Part shown: piece after piece, positions 24,543 through 39,097 of the stretch
Position numbering within the stretch: position 1 is the stretch's first letter
Layout: each line of letters opens with the position of its first letter
Translations under genes and position numbers: made by a program
Source of the DNA: Thalia democratica
Taxonomy: Eukaryota
Reading direction: 5' to 3'
Length of the DNA stretch: 64,000 nucleotides
Assembly: GCA_965202585.1 (NCBI GenBank)
Contig: OZ241829.1
Span: 66,774,001 to 66,838,000 of the forward strand
The notes under the pieces: generated by a model
What the model saw: the letters and a program-made list of their open reading frames with translations, nothing else
Told to the model about the DNA's origin: nothing
Database searches by the model: none

Positions 24543-27500
24543 CCTTAATATTTTAAATATTAAGGATAACCTACTTTGTTTAGTTAATTTGTGAATTAAA
24601 GTAATTAAGCATGTAGTTTAAAACAAAAATAATGAAGTTTATAAAAACAAAACTTTATTCTTAAAAAGCGTAAAAGATGGAATCGACATTTTTATTTATG
24701 AGCTGATGTTTTTTTAAATTTTAGATTACAACTTTTAAATCATTTTAACAAGCTTTTGTTTTCGTCAAACGTTTTCAGACACTTACCGTAAGACATACAA
24801 ACATTTCAATAAAAACAAGTACACAACATAAAATTTTTTTTTACTTACGACCGTGACACACAATGTTCACGATTATGTTTAGAAAAACATTTTTTCAGTT
24901 TTTATTAGATGTCGTAATTAAAAGTAAACTGTGTTTTTACTAAATTTACTTTATCTGTTTGTTGTACTTTTATGTATTTTAAATTCATTGTATTTTGTAG
25001 CAGTAGAGCGATTTCAATTTTTCATGCTATTAAAAATTAGATAATTAGATAATTAATTAAATACAAATTTTCAGCCATTAAAATTAGTTTTTTGTATTTC
25101 TTAACACATTTTAATCTCATCAATAAAGGGCTATTTCACACAAAATTGTTTTTTGATTATTTCAACAACTGTTGCAAAGAAGCAACTTGTATGCTTGATT
25201 ACTAAAACTTACAAATCAGCCAACCGCAAGCAAATTAGTATATACAAATAAATCTTTAAATTTTTATAACACGCTTAATAGTCAAAAACAACATTACAGA
25301 GCGATAAAAGTTGCGCTAATCTCAATCGCGTTTACAAAATACACCACGCTCAACTTTAAAACAATTAATCTGCGCTTAAAACTTATCACGTTTGTTTACA
25401 GCCAAAATAAAAAGGTTAAACTTTCGCTTCGTTGTACAATTTGAAAAACAATTGCAATGTTGACGAGGCTTGTATTCTTCTCCGGATAAAATTTAAGGCT
25501 GTAAGCAGCTAAATGTTTGTTTTAAGGGTACGTTGCTTTTGATAACGCCCGAGTCGCATCGAGGTGATTTTGTTCTTTTGTGTGACCTACCAAGCACAAA
25601 CAAGATGCTAGCAGCCAATTCACACGTGTTAATGTCAAAAAGGTCACTGTGTCAGACGGGAAAATAACTTGTGATGTTGCATTTGCTTACGTGATATAGT
25701 TTACTTTTTAGCAATGGGGTTACAAGCATAACACTTTTTGTGATTTTTGTACAAGTGAACACTAACTTTAACTACTGACGAGTTTTGTGTTTGGTAAGAA
25801 CAGCTGTACAGTGTTTACAACAAGCATACAATATCTAAAAAATAGCTTTCAGTTTTTATTTTAAGTTAAAATAGATCAAAAGTCTTGTTTTGGTTGTGCG
25901 ACTGTGTTACATATTTACTTAAGTCCTACAAATTAATAAATATAATATACGTCAGATCTGAGCAGACTTTTTTTTTCACCCGCTACTGTTTTATTTTCTT
26001 TATTTTTTTTTTAGTTGAAAATCTGATTATTTCCTTGAACAATAAAGTTATTAATTAATAACGAAAGAATTAATACAAATTATAAAGTAAACTTACTTAC
26101 ATTCAATCCAATAGACCATACGTAAGTAATCAAAACTCAGTTGAAATAGTTAAATTTTTAATTTATAAAAAGTTTTTAGACGAGTTATACCAGCAAGCCG
26201 TATTTTTGGAATATGAACTCATAATATGCATCTTAATTTCATTTTCATTAAAGTTTGTGCTATCTTTAAAAATTCTTCTTGTTTTATTTGTTAAAATTCT
26301 ATTTTCTTAGATATACGAACAAAAAAAGTGTCTGAGACCTATTTTATTCCTAAAGTAAAACACGTACTTAATCCTATTATTTAACTTTACAATGATTTCA
26401 AAAATTTTAGTTTAAGTAACTTTTAATTTTAATACAGCTCTTACTTTAATACCATTCTCCTACCACTTTTATTTTTGACACTAAGATATTTGTATAAACT
26501 ACTAATTGCATTTGTTTTTAAATGTATTTTAAACTAATTTACTAAGTTTTTTTTTAACGATAATTATTTTATACTATAATGTAAAGATTTAAGAGATGTT
26601 TTGTATTAATGTCCAAATGCACTTTAATTATTTTTTTAATTTTATTATTAACTACAAACTAAGCCATAGTGCTTAGCACGAAGTCTGAGTTTTTTTAAGG
26701 TTTATAAATGTTTAACATTGTGTACATGTACTATAACAAACGCTTAACATTATCATATCAAACATATGTAGCAGTATTTGTAAAAATCGTCTTCTGTAAC
26801 TTAGCTGTTAATAAGCTTACCCACACAATAACAAAACACAGGTTATAGTGTTAAAAGGTGCATTTTTACGCAGGTTGTTTTTCAGTAAAAAGTTATTAGA
26901 TTAGTTTTTTTATTGTTAATAAATTACTGTGCTACAAAAAATTGAAATTTTTTCACAAAATTCTTTTATTTTATTAACTTTATCAAAATTTAATTTACTT
27001 ACTATTTACTCATTTAACAACTATTTTTATATTCTAAAATCTTTGTGCTTTAGTTGTTGCAGGTTCATCTATATTTACAACCTATTTAATTGTCTAACTT
27101 CTTAAAACTTATTTTTGGTAGCTTGTTTTTGAAGAAAAGCATTAGTTTTTTTATTTTTTAACATTCGTTTATAAACGGTTTGTATTAACTACAAGAGCCG
27201 TGTTGTAACTCACTTTTGTTAATACTTTTAAAAACTGTTTAATTTAAAATTTTACACGTTGAAAAATATGCAAACTTTACAACTTTCGAATATGTTTAAC
27301 ATTAAAATAGATTTTTTGAATTAAGAGATTCATGAAAATAATTTAAAACAAAGTAAAGCTTATGTTTTACGGTGACAAAATTTCTTTCAAAAAATTAGAT
27401 GTCTGATTACAGATGATTTTATGAACAACAAAGTTATATACTTGAAGTGTCTAAACTTATCTTTATTGAAAATTGCATTACTTTATTTACTTGGTATTTG

Positions 27501-30500
27501 GTTATAAGACAATATATTGTGTTTTGAAATAGAATGACAAACAAACATTGATCACAATAACTTTTAAGGCTTGTTAATGTGTTTAAACAAATTTTGTTTG
27601 CCTAGCAGCGACTATTGTTAGGCTTTCGAAAACATCACAAATAAAACGCTTTGTTGAAAACAAAGATAAAAAAAGAAAATATGACTTGCCATTTCAAAAT
27701 TTATTTGATCAGTTGTTTTTAATGAATAAAGTTCGTAGTGTAATACATGCCTAAAACGAAGTGTTGTATGGGTTTCATACCTTATAAAAAAGCAAGTGCT
27801 TATAAAAGCTTCAAAACAAAATTTCAAATAAAATGATAACCAAACAATAGTTTAAAATCTTTCGTCATTTTCCTACAAAATTTTTTTGTTAAACAACTTT
27901 AAACTATTTGATACAAGTAAAAACATAAAGATGCATTAAAGCTCTAGATATTAATTAAATAAATTTAAGTTTTAGTTTATAGTTTTTGTCGGGTCTAAAA
28001 ATATATTTCTTAGATATTTCTGCGGTGTATTGACAAAACAAAGTATATTTAGTAAACGTTTTCATAATGAATTAGCTTAAACGTATATTGCAATGTAGAT
28101 AACACACAGTGCTACCACAAATGAAAAAAATATAACTTTGTTAAACAAATTAACAAAAGATGGTAGTGTAATAAGCAATTTGATCTTAAAAAAATATATT
28201 ATCAAACTACACAGAATTTGATAGACATATTATTAAAAAAAAAATTTTTTTTTTTCTAAGTTAAACATATTCATACATAACATAATGATATTTATTTCAT
28301 ACATATATTTTTAAAAAATTTTAAAATTAGTTTATTATTAACATCTTTACTTTTTACCTGTCAACTAAGTTCGGTAATGCACTTTTGCAAGTGACAATTA
28401 CTCGATACTGTTTTACTTGTAAATAGTTTGTTAGCAAATCAATTTATGCCAACACAACAATGTTTAACAAACACATAAATGAAGGAAAATGTGTATATTA
28501 CAAGGAGAAATCTTATACATTAGATTTAATGTTTTTATATTATGGATTTATCTACATATTAGTTTTGTAATTGCGTACACCATTAAGTTAAAAATAAAGA
28601 CTTATTATATAAAATCATCAATTTAAAAAAAATATTGGCACACATATGTTTACAATACACTCGAAATATTTTTAATTTTTTCCAAAAAAATTTTGCGTGA
28701 AAATATTCTATCAAAAACTCGAAAAACAAGCTGTTCCACAAATAAAATAAAACAGTTTTAGTTAAAGTTATTACCTTTAACATTTATCATATGACCTTTA
28801 GCAATCACATTTTAATTAGACTATTTTTGATACTTTTTGCGTTGATACTATCATTATCTCATGAAATATCTTGCATCTCATTGGATTGTTTTTAATAGAA
28901 TGGGCTTATTTTTACGATTACTATTGTATGTCCTCTATGCGGGGGGGCATCCAGTAAACAAATAAGCTAAGGGCAGAACAGTCGCATATTTATAGTTAAA
29001 AATGTTTGAAGTGAAAAAATTTCTGTAGAAAAGTAAATTAATGAATTAGTGAAATATGATTCAAACTAGGCTTGTAAATTACAACAAAAAATTAAAACTA
29101 TTAAACAACTAATACTTATTTTTTATTAGCAGCACAAAAGATTATTTATTTGATATATATTTTTTACTTTTAAAATGTTTAAAAACCTTTAAAAAAAAAG
29201 TAGTTTTGAAATATATTATATAATATATAGACTATATTTTTAAAATAAAAAAAAAAAAAAATACATGAGTTAAAAAGAATTTTCAAATTTCAAATATTTT
29301 CTGTGCACTTTAATAACTTCTATGCACACTAGTGTGAAAAGGTGCTCAGCTTGAAGACTGCTGCAATAAATTTTGTTACTGCTGTATTTTTGTTAAACAC
29401 TTAAATGTAGCTTTTTGTTTTTTTGATTACGACAGTTTAGTAGTAAACAAACAACAAGCACTTTAAAATAAACTGGTGACTCCGCGTCTGTAAAGTTTTA
29501 AAGGATTTTGCCACTGTCTAAACACTTTTAAGTACTTAACCAGCTCTGACCACTTTAGTTTTGAATACATTTTAGTCCGAATCTAAAGATATTTGAAATG
29601 TACAGTATAAAAAAGAAAATAATCTCAGCATACCAAACTTTGTTTGTTTGTAAAACATAGATTAAAACATCTGTTTAGCTTCTGAAAACACTTGAGTCAA
29701 AAGCTACTTAATAAAAACAAAGTTTTCGTCGAATAATGACTAATAAATCCTTCAATAACAAACTTAATGTTTGCAATCTAATCATTGTTATTTCATGGAA
29801 AATTGTTTAAACATTAGAGTTTTAGTAGTTGACCGATTCATTCTTTACAAAAGACTAAACTGAACAACTGAACAGTTTTTACATTGAAAAGATTTATATT
29901 TTTTAAATTATCACTTTAAACTAGTTTAACGAAATAACAGTAACAATAACAGTAAAATTAACAATATTAATAATAACGAATAAGTTAAAAGAAAATTAAC
30001 CGGTTCAAAAAAATATTTAAAGTAAAAATTATACTGTTTTTAATTTAAGGAGCTAAAAGTAAAGTACACATATAATGTCAATGATCTAAAGTTTATACTT
30101 TTTTTAAACTTTAATAAACCTCATGCAACTATATTTAGTAGCTTATTACAGTGCAACCTTGGTTATTGAGCCCCGCAAATCCGATATTGTTATTTTCTTT
30201 TTCATTGACTCATATTTTAGTTTACAATTAGTGTTTATAAAAGCTTTAACAAATTTTAGCCGTAAGCTACTTACAAAATGCATATGTCACTACAACCTTA
30301 AATTTCAAAGATATTTATGCCGAAAGCAATAGTATAAATATTATTTTGTAGCTTTAAAGCAAATCAGATTAATACCATATTTAGTTTTAATGATTATGTT
30401 ACATATGCACAATCTAGTGTTATTTAAATCTAACTTAAATAATACAAGAAAAATACAAAATGCAAATATTCGTTTTATTCAGAAAAATTCTTTCGATTGA

Positions 30501-31320
30501 CGACTTTCAATCTAATTAGTTCACAACAAAACATTGATAACAGCACCAGATGACATTTTAAATATATCACAAAAAACATTCGTGCGTAAGTAAAACGTTA
30601 TTTTAAGTTTCCTACTACTTAACTAAGTTAAGGTTAACTATTAAACCTATAAAATATTACAGAACTAGTTCAAATAAATTTCTCGCATACTATAAATCAG
30701 TTTTCATAAACGAATTGAAAATTAAATACTATTCCATACAAATGTCATAAACTCTAATTTAAAAAAAAATAGTTACTAAAAACAAATATTTAAATTTCTT
30801 ATATTATCTATTCTTTTAAATCCATCAATAGAAACTTATTCCTATTGAATTGTCATGAATTGAGATCTTTAACTTTTGCTTTGACCATTTGCTTGCATAC
30901 TTATGTGCTATTTTAAACGAAGCTTTCACGTATTTTTACATAGCCTAGGATTGTTTTCTTTAAAATAGAATTTTTCAACTGAAATTGAATCTAAATCTAG
31001 AAGAAAAAGATATATGTTAAAAATTCAAACACGTGTCTATACAATAAGTTTTTATTAACTAGGTACTTTTGGTTATTTTATGTTTTTATTGTGTTTTGCA
31101 TCGGACAACCAATATTTTTTTGTGTTAAGTGTTGATTTTTTATTATATGAATTAATTATATACTGTTTAAAGTTATGCTAAGAATTTTAGTTAATTTAGA
31201 CTTTATTTATTTATATAACATTTTATACCATAAAATATTAATATTAATTAAATAAGTAAGCAATCAGTTAATAATGTTTTAGTTTTACATACGCATAAAT
31301 GGTTTTTTGTATCATATATA

Positions 31321-31475
31321 ACAGGCCATCAAGGGCCGTTATCGTTGTATTATTATAACTTAATAAGATTGACTTGACATTCGTTTGTCAAAATAGTATT
31401 CTTAATAATTACTCAAAGTATTTTGAAAGACTTTAACCCGCAAAAGACTCTTTTAAATTTAAAGTGGCCCGCAAG
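31321..31475. mobile_element. Possible internal remnant of a hAT-type MITE
   Basis: GGCCATCAAGGGCCG and GTGGCCCGC subterminal-like motifs resemble those of the MITE at 52134-52452; no TIR or TSD found. Confidence 0.3.
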
Positions 31476-31964
31476 CAAGTATAAATAAGAAATTTAGAAA
31501 CTACTTGTAGAAAGCAGTATATCGAAACAACTGTTGTGATTAAAACAGAAATTTGCAACTTTTTTTTATTGTATCTAGCTCCTTACTTGTAGTAAACTGA
31601 GCACTCCACTGAAATAAATAGCGTTACAATGATATTTAAGTCGTTACATCAATTTTGCATGATTGTAGCCTTAATTTTAAACCTAGACAGTTGTGATACA
31701 GTAACATGAAACAACTGTCCTTTTTTAAGTTTCACCTTTTCCATTAGACTTGTAAAAAACACTTCGCAACGGGCGCTGTGTTTACAATTATAAATACAAC
31801 CTAGTTTAATTTTATTATTTATATAAAACAGCATACACTAATTTTGTTAACTATTTAAGAAAAACACATTTATTGAAATATATAACCGTTTATTAAAAAT
31901 GTAGCGCTAAAAAACAATAACATCATACTATTTTAAAAATCTAAATACTCTGCTGTTGAAGCCG

Positions 31965-32045
31965 CCAGTGTGATGTCATAAGTCAAGTTACGTCATTTCA
32001 GTATTTTCACATCATATTTATTCAGTGACGTCATTTTCTGTGTCA
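31965..32045. promoter_or_regulatory. Cluster of CRE/ATF-type bZIP sites in a locally GC-richer island
   Basis: TGATGTCA (31971), TTACGTCA (31988) and TGACGTCA (32026) within 63 bp. Confidence 0.35.
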
Positions 32046-33160
32046 CTTTTTTTTTCCACCGTCAGCATCTCTCTAATTCCTATTCCGATCCCTCTTAGTG
32101 TCTCGTTCGCGTTTCTAGATGAGAGCTGTAAATGATAAAATGTTTTTGAATTTACACAGCTAATACGGAATGTATGTACAAGAGTTAGAAAAAATTTTAA
32201 ACTACAATAGCTTTCTAGTTAAGCTATTAATTAGAATAATGTGTTTATAGACTTAAACATTTTTTTTAATTGGTATGAAAATTTTTTAAAACTGAGCTCT
32301 CAAAATTAATTTAAACTTTTAATCAGAAACCAACCTATGATTTGACACGAAAAAATTTACATCAAAATTTTTTATAAACAGCTTGTTCAGCTAAAGGTTT
32401 ATTAACTATCGACAGTGTTTAACTGTATAAAACAACATACCTTAAAATTAAATGAGAGTAAAAAATAAATACAAGTCTTATTGTATACTGTTTAGAATAT
32501 AATTAACATTTAATAGTCTATACTCTATAGTTTCAAATTATTAAATTATATTTAACGATTATATCGTGTATGAGTTAAAATTGATATATCTGAGTATATC
32601 ACACGGTTGCTACTACTGTAAGCAAAACATTCAGAATGAAATACAACAAAAACAGCCTAAAATTATGTAACAATAAATGATTAACGAAGTTTATCTATAT
32701 TTTAGTGGAAAATGGTTAAAATTATCCGAACTATTTTTAACAAGACTTTTTTTTAATTTGTAGAGCATATTGCTATAGAAATAGAAATAGTTACAACAGC
32801 AAAGTTTAGATTAACTTGTTTTACAAAATAGTGTACTTGTGCTTTATTGGAATTCAATGTTTATAAGTAAATGAAAAAGTAAGACGGTGTATTTAAAAAG
32901 TAGTATAAATACTGGTTGTTTTACCAAATTATACTTTTTTTTAAATTAAAAGTTAATCTTTAGTTATGTCAGAGTGCTTAAAGGTTTTTATATATCTTTC
33001 GGAGTATACATAATTTGTTGGTATTAAATGTGGAAAAAATATTTCATTGACGAAAAAAAACTAAACTATAAAGTTTTACCTAGGTCAAACAACTTTTCAA
33101 ACGTATTTTTTTTAACGTCGTTTACTGAATGTTTTTCATCAAACGTCGCAATATTAATAT

Positions 33161-36100
33161 TCAAAAAGAAGTTGTATACATGTTCATCACATATGCAATT
33201 GAATCATTGAAAACAGCGGCGAAAGTCTGCAGAGTGTAAGCCTGGACTTTCTTTTGTCGTTAAATAAATTCGAGTTATAAAAATAAAAACAAGCAAACAA
33301 ACATTTTTCTTTCCCTTAAAACTTAATACTATCTAGATTAAATAGTTATTTTGAACAAATTATTAACTTCATATCTTCTACATAAATAACCAAACAAACG
33401 TTTTCTTTTCCTTTCATTCCCGTCCTGATGACGTCATATTCCCGCGGAACGAATCCGCGCGAACCCACAAAGTCTGCAATCGATTGCAGCGTGTCTGTTG
33501 CGTGCAAGAACCTGCGCGTGACTTGACCTCCAATGGGCAGTTTGAACTTAATCGTGCACGTCTGTGGAAAATTATTTGTCTGATTTGCATTTTCGTTTAA
33601 AATGTCTTGTGATGTCTGTTGGAAAGTATCCAGCTCTGACATCTCCTTTGAAAAGTTAAGAGAAAAAAACAAACAGATTTCTATCCTTTATGAACATTTA
33701 TAATGGTTAGATTAAAAGATGTATACTTGAAATGACTTCATACTTGTTTCAAGGAATATACAACGTCTAAGGTTTCGAACAATTAAAACATCTTCATGGT
33801 TTAATAGTTAAAGAAGTTTAAAACGTACCATAAATTTTAAATCTTATTAAGGGTGAGCAATAAAAAAGGTAAACAACGCGCAAGTGTTCCAAACTGTTAT
33901 CACCAAATACTTGCACTATTTTAATATAATGTAACATCTTCTTGAATTTATGTAATAATATTTCATATTACCCTGAAGATACTACCGATATTTACCCAAC
34001 TGTTGGGTTAAAAATGTTCTACGGTAAAAACGGATCTCAAGGTACTTAATTTTTTTATCCTTTCTACATTCTAAACATCAGTTTTAAACGATGAAAATTT
34101 ATATTGCACAAATGTTTGTTGAATAGTTTAAAAAAATGCTTAATATCGCTTGTACTCAACAAGATTAGCTCAATGTAATTTCATTGAGTTGGAAACAAAC
34201 AACCGTTTTTTCAAGAACAAAAGATGCAAATATCAAAAACAGTGATAAACAAACTTTCTCATCAGCTGACGGCTCAGCGGGAACCACGCGCTGAAGTCTT
34301 GAGATTTCTCCTGCCCTCACTTCCTCCTCCTTCTCCCTCGTCTTCTCCTTCTTCTCTTCTTCTTCCTTCCTTCTCGCCTCCTCCTTTCTCTTGCGCTCTT
34401 TCTCTTCGGCCTGTTAGAAAAATTAATCAGGTTCAGGTTGTTTTTAGATTTGAAGAGTGTTATTACGTTTTGGCTAGATAAAGTACAAGCCAAGTTTACG
34501 CAAGTGTGGTTATACCAGTTAGAAAAAAATAAAGCGAAGTATAAAAAGTAAACGTAAGTCTCTACGAAAGGTTTTGAAATTCATGAAAAAATGTTATGAG
34601 GAAAGATACAAATCCATAAAACAAATACGAATTTTGAACCTATAACAAAACATTGAAAATTAGAAATATTGTTAATAGTTTTCAACTGCTTTCTTTGAAA
34701 TTCAAGTCGTAACAAGTTAGACGATAATTTAGTTGAATCTAGGTAATTTTTATAACAGAAAATAAAAACCTTTGCTTTGTCAATTGCAAGTGACTTCTTG
34801 TATTCTATGTCCTGCTGTTTTCTTATTGCTGCATTTAGTAAAATTTGTTGCATTTTCACCTAAGTTTAAAGATGTTGTGTAAGAATATCTAATTTTTGAC
34901 AACTAAGTAATAAATAATCTCTGCTAGAGTTAATTTAAACTACCATTAAGAAAAACACTAGTAAAGCTAGGGCAAAGTACGGTACGCCAACTAAAAGCTT
35001 AGTTTGCGATTTTGAGCTTGGAAGTATATTAGTAAATCAAATAATAAAAAATATCAGATAAATGTTTTTTGCAAGTTTCTTTTAAAATAAGACTTTTAAA
35101 ATGAGTAACTTTTATGATACAATATTGCAATACTACGCAGCTTTCTAGATTTATTTAACGAGTTCTACTTCCAAAGTAATTCTCGAAGTAAATCTGACCA
35201 ACCGCCAAAGATATACTGCACACCTTGACACTAGCAACATTATTTATCTTATTTAGCAAAACTTTATAACAAATTAACCTCTTTAGCTATTTCATTGTTC
35301 TTGCTCACCTTCATAGTTGTTGACACTTTTGCTATAAAATCATTGACTTTTTCTGGGTCATGCATGCCTATAAACGATATATTTTCAATATAACACTATG
35401 CTTCTGACAGTATTTTTTTTATTTTAAAAATCAACAACGCTTTGTGCTACTCAGATGAAAAGTTCGCTTTGTAATTTAAAATCGTTGATCGCTAGCAAAT
35501 TTTTATTTTACCAACGTATACTTTTTATAAATGAAGATACATTAAATAACTGAAATCTTTTTGTCCCTACTACTTGTACTTTGAAATAAATTGTAAGCTA
35601 GTTAAACTAAGTTAGTGGCAGTTGTTTTCATAGCAAAAACAAACATTTAAAATTGAAACAATTTTATACTTTATGTACGACAATAACAACTAAAAAAATA
35701 TTACCTTTAATTTCTTCATGAAACCTGCAGTCTTTACCCTTGCCAGTCAGCAGCAGCAGCAAGGGATACTTATCAACTTCTGTGGTGCTTTCTATTGTGT
35801 GACACACATCTTTGCAGTGGTTCTCGCACAGAGCCATCAATCTAAAACAGGTTTAAAAGTAATTGAACTAAAGACTTTTTAGAAGAAAGCAAAAAATAGT
35901 GTTCAGTAAAAATTTTAGTTGATATTTTCAGTAAAGGTCAAAGAAAGTGTTGATTTGGATTTTGAACAAACATATCTTTGTTGTATAATTCTTATATATA
36001 TACAAAAAAAAGTTGAAATAAAAAAGTAAGGTGTACTTGAAACTCCACTAACAACGTATTTTTTTACGTTAGTGTTTAACAATATAAATTATTTATTACT

Positions 36101-37972
36101 AATAACAAACTTTTGTTTGTTGTGATTAGAGCTCACGTCCCAGCCCCAGCAAACAAAATCTTCATCAAGATTTTTTCTCACTTTCTCGTTGCATAGAATG
36201 GTTTGAATGAAAATATTTGAATACAAACTTTGTTTGTGATATAGGAAGACGGCTGTAAAAATTTAAATTATTTAAAATAAGTTATAGTATCTTGTTTAAG
36301 AATCATTTTGGAACATTGTTAAAAAGTTAGCTAACTGTTTTCTGGTAAAAAGATTACACATACATAAATACATAAATGCTTATTTACCAAATTTAATCAT
36401 ATTTAGTTAAAATAGCCATTTTATGCTCATTTTAGTGAGTAAAAAATAATTAAGCGACGATAAATATTTCAGAAATCTAGACCACAAAGAACATTTATAT
36501 TAGATACATATACAAGCAAGTCTATATACCGAAAGCCTTTCTGGTCATAGGTGAGCCTCCGAACGCTTCTTCGATCGCTTTATCAAGTGGCTTGCTGGAA
36601 AATTGAGGCGCATCTTCGTGCCTGCGTTTCAATTCCGTTACAAACTGATGCAGAGCCGCTTCATCGTCCTCAATTTTTTCCGGCACTGTTGTGAATGTGT
36701 AAAATAATTGCGTTTTATAAACTTAATCTTAAAATAACACATAAAAGTGAGTAAATTTTCGTCAGAGTATATTATAACATGATGGATAATAAAAATATAT
36801 CTAAAAATGGTGTCCATTATTATTTTAAAATAGGATGGATAACACTGAAGATGTTATCAGGTTAAAACTTAGATTGTTAGTGCATATCATGATTTAAAAA
36901 CAAACATGTAATTTCTTATTCTTATATTTAAGTCCTTTTTTTTAAATTAAAGTTATTTGCACTTAAACTCTGCCTCATTTCTTAACTTGGACGGTATGCA
37001 TTTTAAAATATTCTCCTCACCAACATACTAAACTAATACACATCAAATAAAATGTTTAAAAGTAAAAAAAAAACATAGAAGAATAACGTTTTCAACTTAC
37101 TAAGATCTTTCGTCTCATTCGTCTTTGCGTGACTGACATCTTCAAAATCAATATAGTCATCATCACTCTCTAGTGAAGAATAATCATCACTTGAAAAATT
37201 TTCATGCATATTTGAGTTGCCACCTTCAAAAAAGACACGTGCATTTGAAATTAAAACTACGATTTAGAATTAATAAAAGTTAAAATATTTTTTGTCATTT
37301 AAACAACCAGTTTAGCTAGTAACACACAAGCATCATTGATTCAGCTCGACATTATTCGAACTAGCAAACAAAAAAGTTACCTTCTGCCTGCTTACCATTT
37401 TCATTTGGAGCATCTTCGGAACCCGGGATCTTGGCAGCAGCTTTTTTCTCCTTATCATCATCACGGTCATCCGAGTCGGTTATTACCACAGCAGAAGAAT
37501 TGCCGGACACATGAGGAGGTGGGGAGGCGGGGTGGACTTTAGTGGGTGAATAATGCCGCGCTGCTGTATTCATTTTTGTTTCAACTTCTTCTTTGCTTTC
37601 GCTGCTGCTGACCTTCACTTTTGCCACCTGCTTCAGAGAAGGTTTCCCGTAAGACGAAGCCGAACTCTGCGCGGCAGTCTTTCCCTGCTTGGTTTTTCTT
37701 GTACGCTTCGCCTGTTTCTTGCCTGGCACGCTCTTTTGAGCTCCTCTTAAAGTAGGAACTTCTGCTTCGGCTTGATCGTTATGAGCTTGATCGTTCTTCT
37801 TGGAAAGCCTAGCGCTTCTTCTCGTGGGGACGGCAACTGGGGTCTTTCGGCTGGTCGGAGCTTTAAAGTCCTCGTCAGCTTCATTTGTAGTCGATCTGCT
37901 TCTTCTAGTCTTTCCAGCAGGAGCCGAACCTTGGGAAGATGTTGCGCGCTTTGCTTTTCTCTTTCTTGGCAT
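33161..37972 (-). CDS. FAF1-like UAS-coiled coil-UBX p97/VCP adaptor with a novel basic N-terminus
   Basis: Phase-consistent exons: 37381-37972, 37101-37223, 36530-36685, 36111-36252, 35705-35841, 35309-35367, 34770-34859, 34255-34410, 33400-33561 (alternative acceptor 33645), tentative last exon 33161-33241. MPEKIEDDEAALHQFVTEL...AVFLYHKQSLYSNIFIQTILCNEKVRKNLDEDFVCWGWD...DKYPLLLL aligns to the FAF1 UAS; RKQQDIEYKKSLAIDKAK to the coiled coil; IKFKLPIGGQVTRRFLHATDTLQSIADFVGSRGF to the UBX. Confidence 0.88.
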
Positions 37973-38672
37973 TTAAGTTGTTTTTAGTATTTTTTTAACT
38001 GCGAGTTTTAATAAAGCTTTTTTTTTTTTATACTGCGTACAAATCAGTTACATTACTTTAGTAACTTTCAAATTAAACTGTCGTGTACCTATTGACAGTT
38101 GAATTTCGCTTAGTTGTGATGGTAGAGTAATTGTAATACTGTTTTCAATGATTAAAAAACCTTATACTTTCATTAGATCAAAATAGTTTACAATACTGTT
38201 TGAATAAAACAAGTATGTAACTTATATAAATTCGCTTTTTTCAAGCCTTACTAAGCTATAACTAACAGTTACCATAAAAAAGTGAAAAGTAAAAATAACT
38301 TGGAACATGTTGCATTACAGAGACGTGTCTATTTAAATCAAAACTGTAGTTTTAAACTTTATTTTATTTTGATATGATCTACAACTATTTTTTCTTAGGT
38401 TAAGAAACTTTAATTAAATACACTAAATAAACATCCAAAGTAGTAAAATGTAATTTTAGTCTACCAATAACCAACTTTAGCCAATTAAACATACTTTATA
38501 GTTTGAAAATGAATACTAAACCAAATCAGTTTACTTAAAACCATGGAAAGTACAGAAAATATACATGCGTTATTTTTTACTTTACATTGTTTTAATGAAA
38601 GGGCTTCAAAAAAGCTTTTCTAAAAGTTTTTATTAATAATATAAAATTACTAAAAAATAAACTATAGTTTCA

Positions 38673-39097
38673 ACTGGTTACATGACAATTCAAATTCGGA
38701 AAACTCAAATTCCGAAAATTCAAATTCTAAAAAAATATGTAAAAGAATATAAATCATTAAACAATATAAATTTGATAAAAATAAAAAGTTCATATGTAGA
38801 ACTTATCAATATCTACAAGCCACTTTTTTATTTTTTGCAAAATCTTAAACATATTTCAATATGTTAAAAGTACTAAAAATCAATATGTTTTTTACTTTGT
38901 TTAAGCCATATCTCCAAAATTATTTAATAACTTGCGAAAAGAAAAAAATTGCTTGTATACATTAATATAACCTACATATTAATTTTTATATTTGACAAAT
39001 ATACATTACTTTTTAATTTGTCGCTCTTTCAATTTTTTATTAAGAATTTAAATTGTTGGAATTTGAGTTGTCCGAATTCAAATAATCGTGCACCCGT
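38673..39097. mobile_element. MITE, 425 bp, ~40-bp imperfect TIRs, 4-bp TTCA target-site duplication
   Basis: Left ACTGGTTACATGACAATTCAAATTCGGAAAACTCAAATTCC versus reverse complement of right ACGGGTGCACGATTATTTGAATTCGGACAACTCAAATTCC; TTCA at 38669-38672 and 39098-39101. Confidence 0.75.
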
